Below are positions 13,419-23,321 of a stretch of 64,000 nt of DNA, in pieces. The notes beneath the pieces were generated by a model that saw only the letters and a program-made list of their open reading frames with translations, did not search any database and was not told where the DNA came from. The position numbers were made by a program, and so were the translations under genes. Source of the stretch: Candidatus Latescibacterota bacterium (lineage in GTDB: Bacteria > Latescibacterota > UBA2968 > UBA8231); NCBI GenBank assembly GCA_963422735.1, contig OY730476.1, forward strand, positions 4,224,001 to 4,288,000, written 5' to 3'. Position 1 is the stretch's first letter. The number at the start of each line of letters is the position of its first letter.

Positions 13419-13696
13419 TGCTGCATCGCCAGCTCAGGAACGCCTTGGAGGAAATTTTCGGCGCATCCTTTGTCGCCGAAGCGCTTGCCAACGCGCCCAT
13501 TGCCCAAGTTGTCCTCTACGAGCGGCGCGAGGAGTTCAAAAAGGCCATCCTCGGCTTCCAGCGGATCAATTTTCGCGACGAACACACCGCTTATGCCGCG
13601 GCCTTGGAGCGCGAGTTGGGCATCGCCTTGATCTGCGCCCTCCTCGACAACGACACGCGTACGCTGGTTTCCGACCTCGGTCTCAACTACCTATGA
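13418..13696 (+). CDS. Small hypothetical protein (92 aa)
   Basis: Protein-like composition; ATGA overlap with the rhamnulokinase start. Confidence 0.65.
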   Translation: MLHRQLRNALEEIFGASFVAEALANAPIAQVVLYERREEFKKAILGFQRINFRDEHTAYAAALERELGIALICALLDNDTRTLVSDLGLNYL

Positions 13697-15156
13697 GCAA
13701 GCTCCTCGCCTTTGACTTAGGGGCCGAGAGTGGCCGCGCGATCATCGGACATTTCGACGGCGAGCGTCTAACACTAGAAAAGCTGCACCGCTTTGCAAAC
13801 GGTCCGGTCCCAGTCTTCGACCGTCTCTACTGGGACCCTTTGCGCCTCTTCGCCGAGATGAAACAGGCCCTCGGCCTGTTTGCCCGCGCACACGGCAAGG
13901 CACTCGATGCGATTGGCGTCGATACCTGGGGAGTCGATTTCGCCCTCCTCGGGCCTGGGGACGTACTCTTAGACAATCCGCGCAACTACCGCGATCCGCG
14001 CACTGACGGCATGTTAGAGGAAGCCTTTGCACGGGTGCCGCGCGAGGAAATTTTTGCGCGCACCGGCGTACAGTTTTTGAAGCTCAACACCTTGTATCAA
14101 CTGCTTTCGCTACGCGACTCGCCCTTGCTGGAATGGGCGCAGACCTTCCTGATGATGGCCGACCTTTTCAATTTTTATTTTACGGGCACCAAGACCTGCG
14201 AATTTTCCAACGCCACTACCACCCAGTTCTACGACCCGCGCCAAGGCACTTGGTCGGTCGAACTCCTAGAAGGACTAGGGCTGCCGACCCATTTTCTTCC
14301 CCAGATCGTCCAGCCCGGAACCCGCCTAGGCTCGCTCCTGCCTTCTCTTGCTGCTGAAGTAGGGCTCCATTCGGTCCCGGTCATCGCTCCAGCTACCCAT
14401 GATACGGGCGCGGCCGTGGCTGCCGTGCCCGCCGAAGTCCGCGACTACGCCTATATCAGCTCGGGAACTTGGTCGCTGATGGGCGTTGAGCTAGACCAAC
14501 CGCTCATCAGCGATCAGGCATTCCAGTACAATTTCACCAACGAAGGGGGCGTCGGGCCGACCTACCGCTTCCTCAAAAACATCATGGGGCTGTGGCTGAT
14601 ACAGGAATGCCGGCGCGCTTGGCAGCGCGAGGGACGCACCTTTTCCTACGACGAACTGACGGCCATGGCCCAAAGCGCGGCACCCTTTACCGCTTTCGTC
14701 GAGCCGGACGCCGAGTGCTTTCTCGCGCCGGGCGACATGCCCGCCAGAATCCGCGCCTATTGCCAAGAGACGGGCCAAGCCATTCCAACCGACGAGAGTC
14801 ATGTCGTGCGCGTGGCCCTCGAAAGTCTAGCCTTTAAGTACCGCTACGTGCTCGACGCGCTAGAGACCATTCTCGATCGCCGCCTCGAATGCATCCACAT
14901 AGTCGGCGGCGGGATCCAAAACCTCCTGCTCTGCCAGTTTACCGCCTCGGCTACCGGTCGTCCGGTCATCGCCGGGCCACTCGAAGCTACGGCCATCGGC
15001 AATTTAATGCTCCAGCTTGTCGGCCTAGGCCAGATGTCCTCGTTGGCCGAAATCCGCCAAGTCGTGCGCCACTCCTTCGCGCCCGTTATGTACGAGCCGG
15101 AACAAGCCGCCGCTTGGGACGCGGCCTACGACCGCTTCCGCCCGCTGCTCCCCTAG
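13693..15156 (+). CDS. rhaB: Rhamnulokinase family FGGY sugar kinase
   Basis: DLGAESGR, GVDTWGVDF, HDT, SSGTWSLMG, NEGG and LKNIMGLW motifs; ATG at 13693. Confidence 0.88.
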   Translation: MSKLLAFDLGAESGRAIIGHFDGERLTLEKLHRFANGPVPVFDRLYWDPLRLFAEMKQALGLFARAHGKALDAIGVDTWGVDFALLGPGDVLLDNPRNYRDPRTDGMLEEAFARVPREEIFARTGVQFLKLNTLYQLLSLRDSPLLEWAQTFLMMADLFNFYFTGTKTCEFSNATTTQFYDPRQGTWSVELLEGLGLPTHFLPQIVQPGTRLGSLLPSLAAEVGLHSVPVIAPATHDTGAAVAAVPAEVRDYAYISSGTWSLMGVELDQPLISDQAFQYNFTNEGGVGPTYRFLKNIMGLWLIQECRRAWQREGRTFSYDELTAMAQSAAPFTAFVEPDAECFLAPGDMPARIRAYCQETGQAIPTDESHVVRVALESLAFKYRYVLDALETILDRRLECIHIVGGGIQNLLLCQFTASATGRPVIAGPLEATAIGNLMLQLVGLGQMSSLAEIRQVVRHSFAPVMYEPEQAAAWDAAYDRFRPLLP

Positions 15157-15242
15157 CCTAATCCCGGGCTGGAACCGCACGCTCCCTCCGCCGTTCTACT
15201 TTAAGAACCTGTATTTCCATTTTTTGATCGTTTGGGCTACTT

Positions 15243-16091
15243 ATGGGAAAAAGCAGCCTCGATTCGCTAGGTCTGGCCGAGTCCTATTGGCGCGACATTC
15301 AGCACTTTCAGCCGCTGAGCCGCCAACGAGAGATCGAACTGGTGCATAGAGCGCACGCTGGAGACGAGCGCGCCATGCACCAGATGGTCGAAGCCAACTT
15401 GCGCTTTGTCGTCCGCATCGCGAGGGGATACCACGGGCGTGGGCTTTCCTTTATGGAGCTGATTTCCGAGGGCAACCTCGGGCTGCTCGAAGCCGTCCAG
15501 CGCTTCGACGAGACCCGCGGCTTTAAGTTCATCACCTATGCGGTGTGGTGGATTCGCCAAGCCATCCTCCGAGCCTTAGCCGAACACAGCAAAATTGCCC
15601 GCCCGCCGCTGAGCCGGGTCAATGATCTGCAAAAGGTTGAGCGGTGGACGGGTATTCTAGCCCAAAGACTAGGGCGCAATCCTACCCCCGAGGAAATCGC
15701 TAACAGTGCCGAATTATCGCTGGAGAGGACGCACAATGCCCTTTACATGGCCCAGCCCGATGTTTCTATGGACGTGCCGACCGTGCCCGATGAAAGGGCG
15801 CCGCTGATGGCCACCTTCGCGGCTTGCACTCCCGATCCGGCCGATTGCTATGAGCGCGCCGCGCTTTCTCATACTTTGCATGCGTGCCTCGACTTGCTCG
15901 ACCGACGCGAGCGCCTAGTCGTCCGCGCCTACTTCGGCCTCGACGACCAAGATCCCCAGACTCTGGAACAAATCGGTGTGCAATTGGGCCTCACGCGCGA
16001 GCGAGTGCGCCAGCTCAGGGACGAGGCCCTCGATAAAATGCGAATTCACGCTGGCGATCTACTACTCGAGCTTTCCAACAATTCCGTGTAA
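15243..16091 (+). CDS. RNA polymerase sigma-70 factor (RpoD/SigA-like, no region 1.1)
   Basis: NLRFVV, LISEGNLGL, FITYAVWWIRQAI, TLEQIG..LGLTRERVRQ. Confidence 0.93.
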   Translation: MGKSSLDSLGLAESYWRDIQHFQPLSRQREIELVHRAHAGDERAMHQMVEANLRFVVRIARGYHGRGLSFMELISEGNLGLLEAVQRFDETRGFKFITYAVWWIRQAILRALAEHSKIARPPLSRVNDLQKVERWTGILAQRLGRNPTPEEIANSAELSLERTHNALYMAQPDVSMDVPTVPDERAPLMATFAACTPDPADCYERAALSHTLHACLDLLDRRERLVVRAYFGLDDQDPQTLEQIGVQLGLTRERVRQLRDEALDKMRIHAGDLLLELSNNSV

Positions 16092-16179
16092 CAAGACGAC
16101 CCGCTCTCGCAGTACGAGACGGATCGCGATACGCGACAAAGGGCTTGATTGAGCGCGGCAAAAGGCTTTCTTTCATCTC

Positions 16180-16370
16180 AGAAGCTGTCTGTTTCACCGC
16201 GCCTTTAGGCAGGACCGGCGAGGTGAAGTGCGCGGTGGCCGGCGGTGGGCGAACCCACCCCTATTTCCGTTGATAGAGGAGGCTTCGCCGGCTGGGTGCG
16301 CCCCGTTGGCACCGCCTGAAGTCGGCGTATAGGTGCTCGCGCTCGGGGCACCCCCGCTTCTTTTCTTATT
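16180..16370 (+). ncRNA. Candidate multi-stem structured RNA or leader (no family assigned)
   Basis: Nested complementary pairs AGAAGC/GCTTCT, TTCACC/GGTGAA, GCCGGCG/CGCCGGC, GTGGG/CCCAC and GGGTG..CCCC/GGGGCACCC, followed by a U-rich tail. Confidence 0.4.
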
Positions 16371-16417
16371 ACTAACAGGACTTTACAACAGCCTTCTCGC
16401 AGGATAAAAAGACCCTT

Positions 16418-17245
16418 ATGTCTTACAACTTAGCCGATCTCCACACGCATTCCCTGTGCTCTGACGGGTTGCGGACCCCGACCGAAGCGGTCCGAGAAGC
16501 CTGCGAAGCGGGCTTGCAAGCGATGAGTTTGACCGATCACGACACAGTCAAGGGCGTCCCCGAGGCGACTGCGGCCGGCGATCGTATGCATATGGAAGTG
16601 GTGCCCGGTACCGAATTGAGCGCCCACATCCGGGACCGCGAAGTACACATTCTCGCCTACTGCATCGACTACCAAGACGACCAACTCGGTACGACCCTCG
16701 TCAAGTCTTTTCAAGCCCGCTACCAGCGGGGGATTGCCATCGTCAAAGCGCTCAACGCCATGGGGCTGACCGTTAGCCTCGACGACGTGCTCTCCCAAGC
16801 CAACGGCAGCCCCCTCGGGCGGCCGCACATCGCTGCGGCCATGGTGCAAAACGGCCTAGTGGCCGACAAGGACGAAGCCTTCATCCGCTACATAGGCGAC
16901 CACGGGCCAGCCTTTCAGCCTAAGCCCTACGCCGCGGCCCAAGACCTCATCGCCCTCATCCATCGCACGGGGGGCGTGGCCGTGCTCGCCCACCCCAGCA
17001 TCAGTCTCCCCGAGTCCATCATCGAGCAGTTAGTCGCCTACGGGCTCGACGGCATTGAGGTCTTCCATCCATCCCACCAGCCGACGCAAATGGAATTCTA
17101 CGACCAACTCGCCGACCGCTATGGCCTGATCAAGTCGGGAGGATCCGACAGCCACGGCGATAGTCACGGCACCCGCATCGGCGACTACGGAGTCGGCTAC
17201 GAAGTGATCGAGGCCATGCGCGAGCGGGCCGCTACCTATGCTTGA
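16418..17245 (+). CDS. PHP-domain metal-dependent phosphoesterase (YciV/TrpH-like)
   Basis: DLHTHS..SDG, TDHD, GRPHIA, LAHP and GGSDSHG motifs. Confidence 0.92.
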   Translation: MSYNLADLHTHSLCSDGLRTPTEAVREACEAGLQAMSLTDHDTVKGVPEATAAGDRMHMEVVPGTELSAHIRDREVHILAYCIDYQDDQLGTTLVKSFQARYQRGIAIVKALNAMGLTVSLDDVLSQANGSPLGRPHIAAAMVQNGLVADKDEAFIRYIGDHGPAFQPKPYAAAQDLIALIHRTGGVAVLAHPSISLPESIIEQLVAYGLDGIEVFHPSHQPTQMEFYDQLADRYGLIKSGGSDSHGDSHGTRIGDYGVGYEVIEAMRERAATYA

Positions 17246-18949
17246 GTGGCCCAATCGCTGGTCCGCAGTGAAAGTGCTCGCTTGATGACCTATTTCTTTT
17301 TTCGGCAAGCCGTCCTCTTTTCTTTATCGCTGCTAGTCCTCGCGCTGCATCTATCGCCCGGCCATGCACTCCGGCCTCAGCGCTTCCACCAAGCATCCGA
17401 GCCTATTCGCGGGCTCTTCGGCACTTCAATAGGCGACATCGTCTGGAGCGGGCGCTATCTATGGGTCGGCACCGAGAGTGGGGTGGCGCGGCTCGATCCG
17501 GCGCAAAGCACCGGTCTCAACTCTACGGACTGGGTCACCTTTACCGAACTCAACGGCCTCGGCCGTGGCGCGGTCAGCGCCCTCGACGCGGTCGGAGATA
17601 CCGTGTGGGTAGCGACCTTGGTCGATTCGGTCACCGCCGGACAGGGCGTGAACCAAGCAAGCACTGGATTGAGTCTTTCCCACGACGGCGGCGACTCCTG
17701 GCACCACATTCCCAACGAATTCATTTTCGACCCCACCAAGGCCGGCTTTGAGCGCGGCCCCGGCACGACCATCCTCAATGCTTGTTTTGATATCTCCATC
17801 GACGGGGAGGCCGTGTACGCTGCCTTCTTCGCTGGCTCTACCGTGCGTTCGCTCGACCAAGGCCACACGTGGGAACCCTTCTTGCCCGGCGGTGCAGACG
17901 AAATCGTCTTTTTCGCCAGCGAAACGGCTGCCGACAGCTTGCAAATTGTGGCCGACAGTCTCGCACGTGAAAACGCCGATCCGGGCAACATCGCCCAGTT
18001 GCGCGCTGCCGCCGACAGCTTGGCTAGCCAGGCATTCCTGCACCGCACTTTTGCGGTTATAGCTTACGAGGATACGGTGTGGATCGGCACTTCGAGTGGG
18101 ATCGCCTTCACCTTTGATGGAGGCCAGCATTGGCAAAACGCCAAAGTGCGCCTCGGCGAAGAGGGCACTCCCCTCCGAGGCCACCCGGCCGGCAACTGGG
18201 TCGTTGCACTCAAACGCCAAGTACTGCCAGATGGTACTACTGCCATTTGGGCGGGAACCAGTACCACCACATCGCCCGGCCAAACCCAAGCCATCAGCGT
18301 CAGCCGCGATCTCGGCCAGACTTGGGGCCACACTGGGCCAACTTTTGCCTGGGACTTTGCTTTTACTCCCAATTTTGCTTGGGCCGGCACCGACCAAGGG
18401 CTGCTAGCCAGCCCAGACCCAACCCTGCCGATCGACTCAGAACGCATCTGGGACGCCATAAAAGTCGTTGATGGACAGCCCCTGACCGGCACCTTCGTCG
18501 GGCTTTCAAGGGTGGGCGATGTGTTCTGGGCGGGGGCCGAGCATGGCCTCGGGCGCTCCGAGGACGAGGGGAGCACTTGGCGCGTCATCCGCGACCTGAT
18601 CCGCACGCGCACGCTCGACAAAGGTACTTTCGTCAGCGCCGGAGGCGTACCCGACAGCACGGCCCTCGCGTACTCAGCACCCAATCCTTTCGCTCCCTCG
18701 CGCGAGACGACGACCATCGTCTTTAGCCTGTCACGCGATGCAGAGGTCTCTGTTGCGATCTACGACTTTGCTAGCAGCCTAGTCCGCAACCTCGCGGCGG
18801 ACGCGCCTTTTGCCGGCGGCGTCGATCACCGCATCCTTTGGGATGGCCTCGACCAAGACGGCCAATTGGTAGCCAATGGCACGTACTTTTACCGCATTGC
18901 CCTAAACACCGGTCAACAGGCCTTTGGCAGAGTAGTGGTGCTCGATTGA
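17246..18949 (+). CDS. Secreted beta-propeller protein with C-terminal FlgD/Ig-like sorting domain
   Basis: Signal peptide; WVGT and S.D.G.TW (BNR-like) repeats; C-terminal PNPF...IYD...VR.L...WDG.D..G..VANGTYFYRI. Start may be 17284. Confidence 0.8.
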   Translation: MAQSLVRSESARLMTYFFFRQAVLFSLSLLVLALHLSPGHALRPQRFHQASEPIRGLFGTSIGDIVWSGRYLWVGTESGVARLDPAQSTGLNSTDWVTFTELNGLGRGAVSALDAVGDTVWVATLVDSVTAGQGVNQASTGLSLSHDGGDSWHHIPNEFIFDPTKAGFERGPGTTILNACFDISIDGEAVYAAFFAGSTVRSLDQGHTWEPFLPGGADEIVFFASETAADSLQIVADSLARENADPGNIAQLRAAADSLASQAFLHRTFAVIAYEDTVWIGTSSGIAFTFDGGQHWQNAKVRLGEEGTPLRGHPAGNWVVALKRQVLPDGTTAIWAGTSTTTSPGQTQAISVSRDLGQTWGHTGPTFAWDFAFTPNFAWAGTDQGLLASPDPTLPIDSERIWDAIKVVDGQPLTGTFVGLSRVGDVFWAGAEHGLGRSEDEGSTWRVIRDLIRTRTLDKGTFVSAGGVPDSTALAYSAPNPFAPSRETTTIVFSLSRDAEVSVAIYDFASSLVRNLAADAPFAGGVDHRILWDGLDQDGQLVANGTYFYRIALNTGQQAFGRVVVLD

Positions 18950-19860
18950 AAACGCTCTTCGCGCTATTACTCGCTGCCTCCACTGCGCACGGAGCCGATT
19001 TTGCCGCCGCCTTTCTCAAAGCGGGGCTGGGCACCCGCGGCCTAGGCCTGGGAGCCTTTGTCGCCGCGGCCGACGATGCGTCGTCCTCCTACTGGAATCC
19101 GGCCGGCCTCGCCCGCCTGCGCGGCAAGTCCATAGAAACCTCCATGCAGTCGCTATCGCTGGGGCGGCGGCAAAGCAGTGCCGCTATCGCGCTCAACGTT
19201 CGCGGTGACATGGGCTTTGGCTTTGCTTGGTCGCATGCCACAGTAGGTGGGATCAAGGGCCGCACGGCTAGTGGCCAGTACACTGGGCCAATCGAGGACC
19301 GAGCCAATGCTTTTATCTTTGGAATAGGTCGCTCCTTTGGGCCGCGCCTTGCAGTTGGTTTAGCCGTTAAAGTTCTCAAACAGAGCATCGATGTTCACTC
19401 AGTTCCCAAGGCCACCGCCACCGGCAACGGCTTCGACTTGGGGGTGCAGTTCCGCGCGGCCGAGCATACTTGGCTCGGGGCCGGCGTATCCAATCTCGGC
19501 ACCGACCTTGCTTGGAAGGTGCGGCGCGCCGACCAGCAGTCGAGTACCTCCGAGAATTCCCTGCCGCGCACTCTCGTCTTTGGTGCGTCGCAGCGGCTTT
19601 TAGACGCCCTGCTGTTGGCCGCCGAGTTCCGCGCCGACGGGGAACAGAGCGTCAACCTCGGGGTTGAGTGGCCGCTAAATGCGCTGCTCGTAATACGCGG
19701 CGGCCTACACCGCCTCGGCACCGAAGACGGTAGCCAACTCTCGGCCGGACTGACCTTGCACCCGATGCACCGCGAAACCTTGCAGTTTCAATACGCTTAC
19801 TTAACCGATCCCCTTGGCACTGGGGGCCGCACGATTGTGGGTCTGGCGTTGGCGTTCTGA
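18946..19860 (+). CDS. PorV/PorQ-family outer-membrane beta-barrel
   Basis: TTG start overlapping the previous stop; GTRGLGLG-AFVAAADDASSSYWNPAGL motif; terminal Phe. Confidence 0.8.
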   Translation: MKTLFALLLAASTAHGADFAAAFLKAGLGTRGLGLGAFVAAADDASSSYWNPAGLARLRGKSIETSMQSLSLGRRQSSAAIALNVRGDMGFGFAWSHATVGGIKGRTASGQYTGPIEDRANAFIFGIGRSFGPRLAVGLAVKVLKQSIDVHSVPKATATGNGFDLGVQFRAAEHTWLGAGVSNLGTDLAWKVRRADQQSSTSENSLPRTLVFGASQRLLDALLLAAEFRADGEQSVNLGVEWPLNALLVIRGGLHRLGTEDGSQLSAGLTLHPMHRETLQFQYAYLTDPLGTGGRTIVGLALAF

Positions 19861-19863
19861 TAG

Positions 19864-20721
19864 GTGATGGCTCTTTTATTGATTGCGCTCTTGACTCTGC
19901 CGACGGCACTCGCCGCCGTCGGCCTACCCTCGCTGCTCCAAGGCGGCCAGGCCCGCGCCGCGGGCCTGGCCGGCGCGGAGACTGCCCTGTTCGCCGCTCA
20001 AGCCCTCAACCCGGCAGCCCGACAATCGCGTGGGCGCAGCGTCGCCTTTAACCACCAAGCCTCGATCCAGAATATCCGCCAGAACTACTTGCACCTGACG
20101 CAGGGCCGCGGCCGCGGCACTTGGGGGCTTTCCGCCCAACTGTGGCAGGCCGACGGCCTAGAGCGCCGCACCGGGCCCTCGGCTGAGCCGCTGGGGCACT
20201 TCGGCGTGTACGAGGGCGCGGCTGGCCTAAGCTACGCCCGCCAGATGGAGCGGACGCGCCTCGGCTTGCAGCTAAAATTCATCCGCCAATCCATTTTTAC
20301 CCAAAACGCCAGCGGCCTAGCCGCTGATCTCGGGCTGATGTGCGATGTCTCAGCCAGCTTGCGCTTGGGGGCCACGGTGCGCAACTTGGGCCGCATGAAC
20401 CGCCTCGACCGACGGGAGACGGACCTGCCTTTAGAAGCTCGTTTAGGCACCGCTTATGTAGGCCGCGCAGACATGCTCGTGGCCATCGAAGCGCAAAAGG
20501 CTCGCGGCGGCGACCTCACGCTGCATCTGGGCGGTGAGTACCAGGCCGGCGATCATCTGCGCCTGCGCGCGGGCTACCAGAGCACTGAAAACCGCAGCCT
20601 CTCGGCCGGGCTGGGCCTCGTGGCTAAGCACTGGGTCATCGACTACGCCTATGTGCCTTTTGGATCGGGCTTGGGCGATGCGCACTGGCTCAGTCTCCAA
20701 CTAGAAAGCGCAACCCCTTGA
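19864..20721 (+). CDS. Second PorV/PorQ-family beta-barrel
   Basis: ARAAGLAGA..NPA, DLG, NLG, LRAGY, IDYAYVPFG.LG..H motifs. Confidence 0.8.
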   Translation: MMALLLIALLTLPTALAAVGLPSLLQGGQARAAGLAGAETALFAAQALNPAARQSRGRSVAFNHQASIQNIRQNYLHLTQGRGRGTWGLSAQLWQADGLERRTGPSAEPLGHFGVYEGAAGLSYARQMERTRLGLQLKFIRQSIFTQNASGLAADLGLMCDVSASLRLGATVRNLGRMNRLDRRETDLPLEARLGTAYVGRADMLVAIEAQKARGGDLTLHLGGEYQAGDHLRLRAGYQSTENRSLSAGLGLVAKHWVIDYAYVPFGSGLGDAHWLSLQLESATP

Positions 20722-21680
20722 ATTTCTGGCGCAAAACAGTGCCGCCGACCCCGCCGACCCCGCCAACTTCGACCTTACTCCCGGCCCAGCACACCAACTC
20801 CTCGCGTTTATGGGTCCACCTGCTGCTGTTTTTCTGTACCATTGCTTCGACTGCGACTGCTGGTGCCATGCAGCAAGGGGTTGACCCGCTAACCAGCATC
20901 GCGGCCTTGGTTCACCTCGTCGAGGGCATCCCTTTTGCCGCGACCTTGCTCTTTATTCTTACAGTCCACGAATTCGGCCATTATTTTGCCGCACGCCGTT
21001 GGGGAGTCAGCGCTTCGCTGCCCTATTTTCTTCCCCTGCCCTATGTTTCTTTCCTCGGCACTTTGGGTGCCGTCATCAAGATTCGCTCCCCCATCCCCAA
21101 CAAGCGCGCCCTCCTCGATATTGGTGCCGCCGGCCCCTTAGCGGGCTTTGTCGTCGCCCTCGCGGCCTGCTTCGCCGGGCTTTCGCGCTCGGCCGTGGTC
21201 TCAGCCGATTATTTTCACGCTTCCCCCATCGAATTAGGGGCACCTTTGCTCTTTTCCGGTATCGCCGCTCTCGTCTTGCCCGCCATCGGGCCGGACCAAA
21301 TGGTCCTCTTAGACCCGGTGGCTTTTGCCGGTTGGGTCGGGCTGTTTATTACGGCCTTCAACCTCTTTCCCATTGGCCAACTCGACGGCGGCCATATCGC
21401 GTACGCGCTCTTTGGCCCCCGGCACCGGCAGATCGCCCGCACGGCCTATGTCGCTTTGCTGGCCTTGGGGCTTTATGGGGTCCTATCGCTTATGTGGGGG
21501 TGGCCCCAAGGGTGGCCGGGGTGGCTCGCGCTGGCCTTTTTCCTCGCGCTTTTTGGCAAGGATCACCCGGCCCCCTACGACCCCTTTATCGCGCTGGACC
21601 GCGGCCGGTATTTCGTCGGCTACCTCTGCCTGCTGGTCTTTGTCGTCTGTTTCGCTCCCGTGCCTTTTGTCACCTACTGA
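20718..21680 (+). CDS. Site-2 protease (M50 zinc metalloprotease)
   Basis: HEFGH, AGPLAG, NLFPIGQLDGGH; multiple TM helices. Confidence 0.93.
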   Translation: MNFWRKTVPPTPPTPPTSTLLPAQHTNSSRLWVHLLLFFCTIASTATAGAMQQGVDPLTSIAALVHLVEGIPFAATLLFILTVHEFGHYFAARRWGVSASLPYFLPLPYVSFLGTLGAVIKIRSPIPNKRALLDIGAAGPLAGFVVALAACFAGLSRSAVVSADYFHASPIELGAPLLFSGIAALVLPAIGPDQMVLLDPVAFAGWVGLFITAFNLFPIGQLDGGHIAYALFGPRHRQIARTAYVALLALGLYGVLSLMWGWPQGWPGWLALAFFLALFGKDHPAPYDPFIALDRGRYFVGYLCLLVFVVCFAPVPFVTY

Positions 21681-21688
21681 GCCGTGCC

Positions 21689-22435
21689 ATGCTCTCGTCC
21701 TTGCCCTTTCTGCTCGCGGTGCTGTTGGCTGGCTGCGCCATAGGCGACAGCGAACAAGTGGATTGTCGCTGTGCGCCCGACACGAGTGTCCAGCTTTTCC
21801 CCCGTTGCGACGGCATGGCCGAGGAGCGCCCGGATCCTAAAACCCCGCTATCGACCCAGATTCCCGACTGCCCCAGCGGACCACAACTCTTGCTGCTCGA
21901 TCCCACGCGCCCCGAATACGTGCTGTCCAATCTCGCTTCTATTTTTCAAGCCCAACCCGAGAAGCGCAGCCCTCAACAGTACATGGAGCAGTTTACCGAC
22001 GACTTTGTCTTCATCCCCGATCCCGAGGATGTGCAGCTAAACCCGCAGATATACGACGCCGACCGAGATACGCTTTGGGGGGCGGCTGAGGAGCGCAATT
22101 TCGCCCGCATCATTCTCTCACCGGAGCGGATCCATAGCGTGCGCTTTGTGCGCTGGTTCAAATCGTCGGACGAGAGCATCTTCTCCGACGACGGGCTGCG
22201 CGAGACCTTTATCTTCCCTTACGAAGCCGAGTTCTTCGAGATAATCAGCGCGACCGGGACAGACTCCAAAGAAACGAAGTTTGAAACGATCGGCGTTAAG
22301 GGGCTTGCGGAAATCGAATTGGTGACGCCAACGGTGGAAAATCCCGTGTGGTCGATCGCGATTTGGAAAGACCAGCGCGATCTGGCTTCGGCCAAGTTCT
22401 CTTGGGGGGAGCTGCAGGCGCGCTTCTCGCAGTAA
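21689..22435 (+). CDS. Hypothetical lipoprotein (possibly NTF2-like)
   Basis: ATG at 21689; lipobox LAGC; resembles 23322-23936. Confidence 0.7.
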   Translation: MLSSLPFLLAVLLAGCAIGDSEQVDCRCAPDTSVQLFPRCDGMAEERPDPKTPLSTQIPDCPSGPQLLLLDPTRPEYVLSNLASIFQAQPEKRSPQQYMEQFTDDFVFIPDPEDVQLNPQIYDADRDTLWGAAEERNFARIILSPERIHSVRFVRWFKSSDESIFSDDGLRETFIFPYEAEFFEIISATGTDSKETKFETIGVKGLAEIELVTPTVENPVWSIAIWKDQRDLASAKFSWGELQARFSQ

Positions 22436-22486
22436 CTGCGCGGCGCGTTTCTTTGATAATCGTCTCTCTGAATAGAGGAGAATGCT

Positions 22487-22599
22487 ATGAACCTATCTCA
22501 AGATCGCCGCTACCCAGAGCAAGACGCCCTTTTGTAGCCGATTTTAAGGCTATTTTAATCCCGCATCGGCTAGCGCGACTAGCTTTGAGATAGGTTCAT
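22487..22599. mobile_element. MITE-like element with 15-bp perfect terminal inverted repeats
   Basis: ATGAACCTATCTCAA (22487-22501) / TTGAGATAGGTTCAT (22585-22599); no transposase inside. Confidence 0.6.
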
Positions 22600-22707
22600 C
22601 TCAAAGCCTCACATCGTCGTAGGGCGGGTACGCCAGATGCTTATACCAGACGGAAAGGACATGCCGGGATTAGTCGGGCTGATAAGAGCAGTCCTTGTGA
22701 TTGGATG

Positions 22708-23153
22708 TCATGCCCCATATACCCACTCTTCAGCGTCGGGATAATTGTCTTTCATCTGCTCTCGACATTCTTTCTCTGCCTCTTTGCCTTCCTCGTCGTT
22801 GTCATTTGCCTTGTCGCAGGATCCCCAATTAATGTCCGTGGTTGTGCGTAGCTTGCGCATTACATCGCAAGAAGATGAATAGCCCGCGCACCCTGGCCCC
22901 ACGCATTTGGTCGTCTCAGAATCCCGATGGTAGTGCAAGCCAACCAACTGCCACTCGCCGTTTATTTTTTAGGATTTCGACCCTATCGAAGACGAGCAGC
23001 AGCCGAGAAATTGAGAATAATCTCGGATACTCGTCCCGCAGCGAGCCGATGCCAACTGAGGTTGTCCGGGTTGGAACCAGCCTCAAGCAAAGATGGCCAA
23101 GCAACTACTAGGGAACAAAATCCCCATATGAAATATCGGACTATATACGGCAT
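22708..23153 (-). pseudogene. Frameshifted secreted Cys-rich protein remnant
   Basis: AAGGAGG RBS and ATG at 23153 give a signal-peptide ORF that stops after 56 aa; protein-like sequence resumes in other frames to the stop at 22708. Confidence 0.45.
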
Positions 23154-23321
23154 AATAGCCTCCTTGGCATGAGTGAAAAATGATAGGTATCAAGTACTTT
23201 TTGCGATTTTTTTCAAAAAAAATGCGGCCGAGAGAATCAGCCCCTCGCCCGCGTTGGGTTTAGCCGTTGTTAATCGCTATATTTTTAAGTGGCACAACTA
23301 ACCTTGAAATAAAGACGGAGT

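Noticed and set aside
17455-18717. Long antisense ORFs here and at 60526-61236 and 61634-63467
   Set aside because: Typical GC-rich shadow frames opposite well-supported genes.
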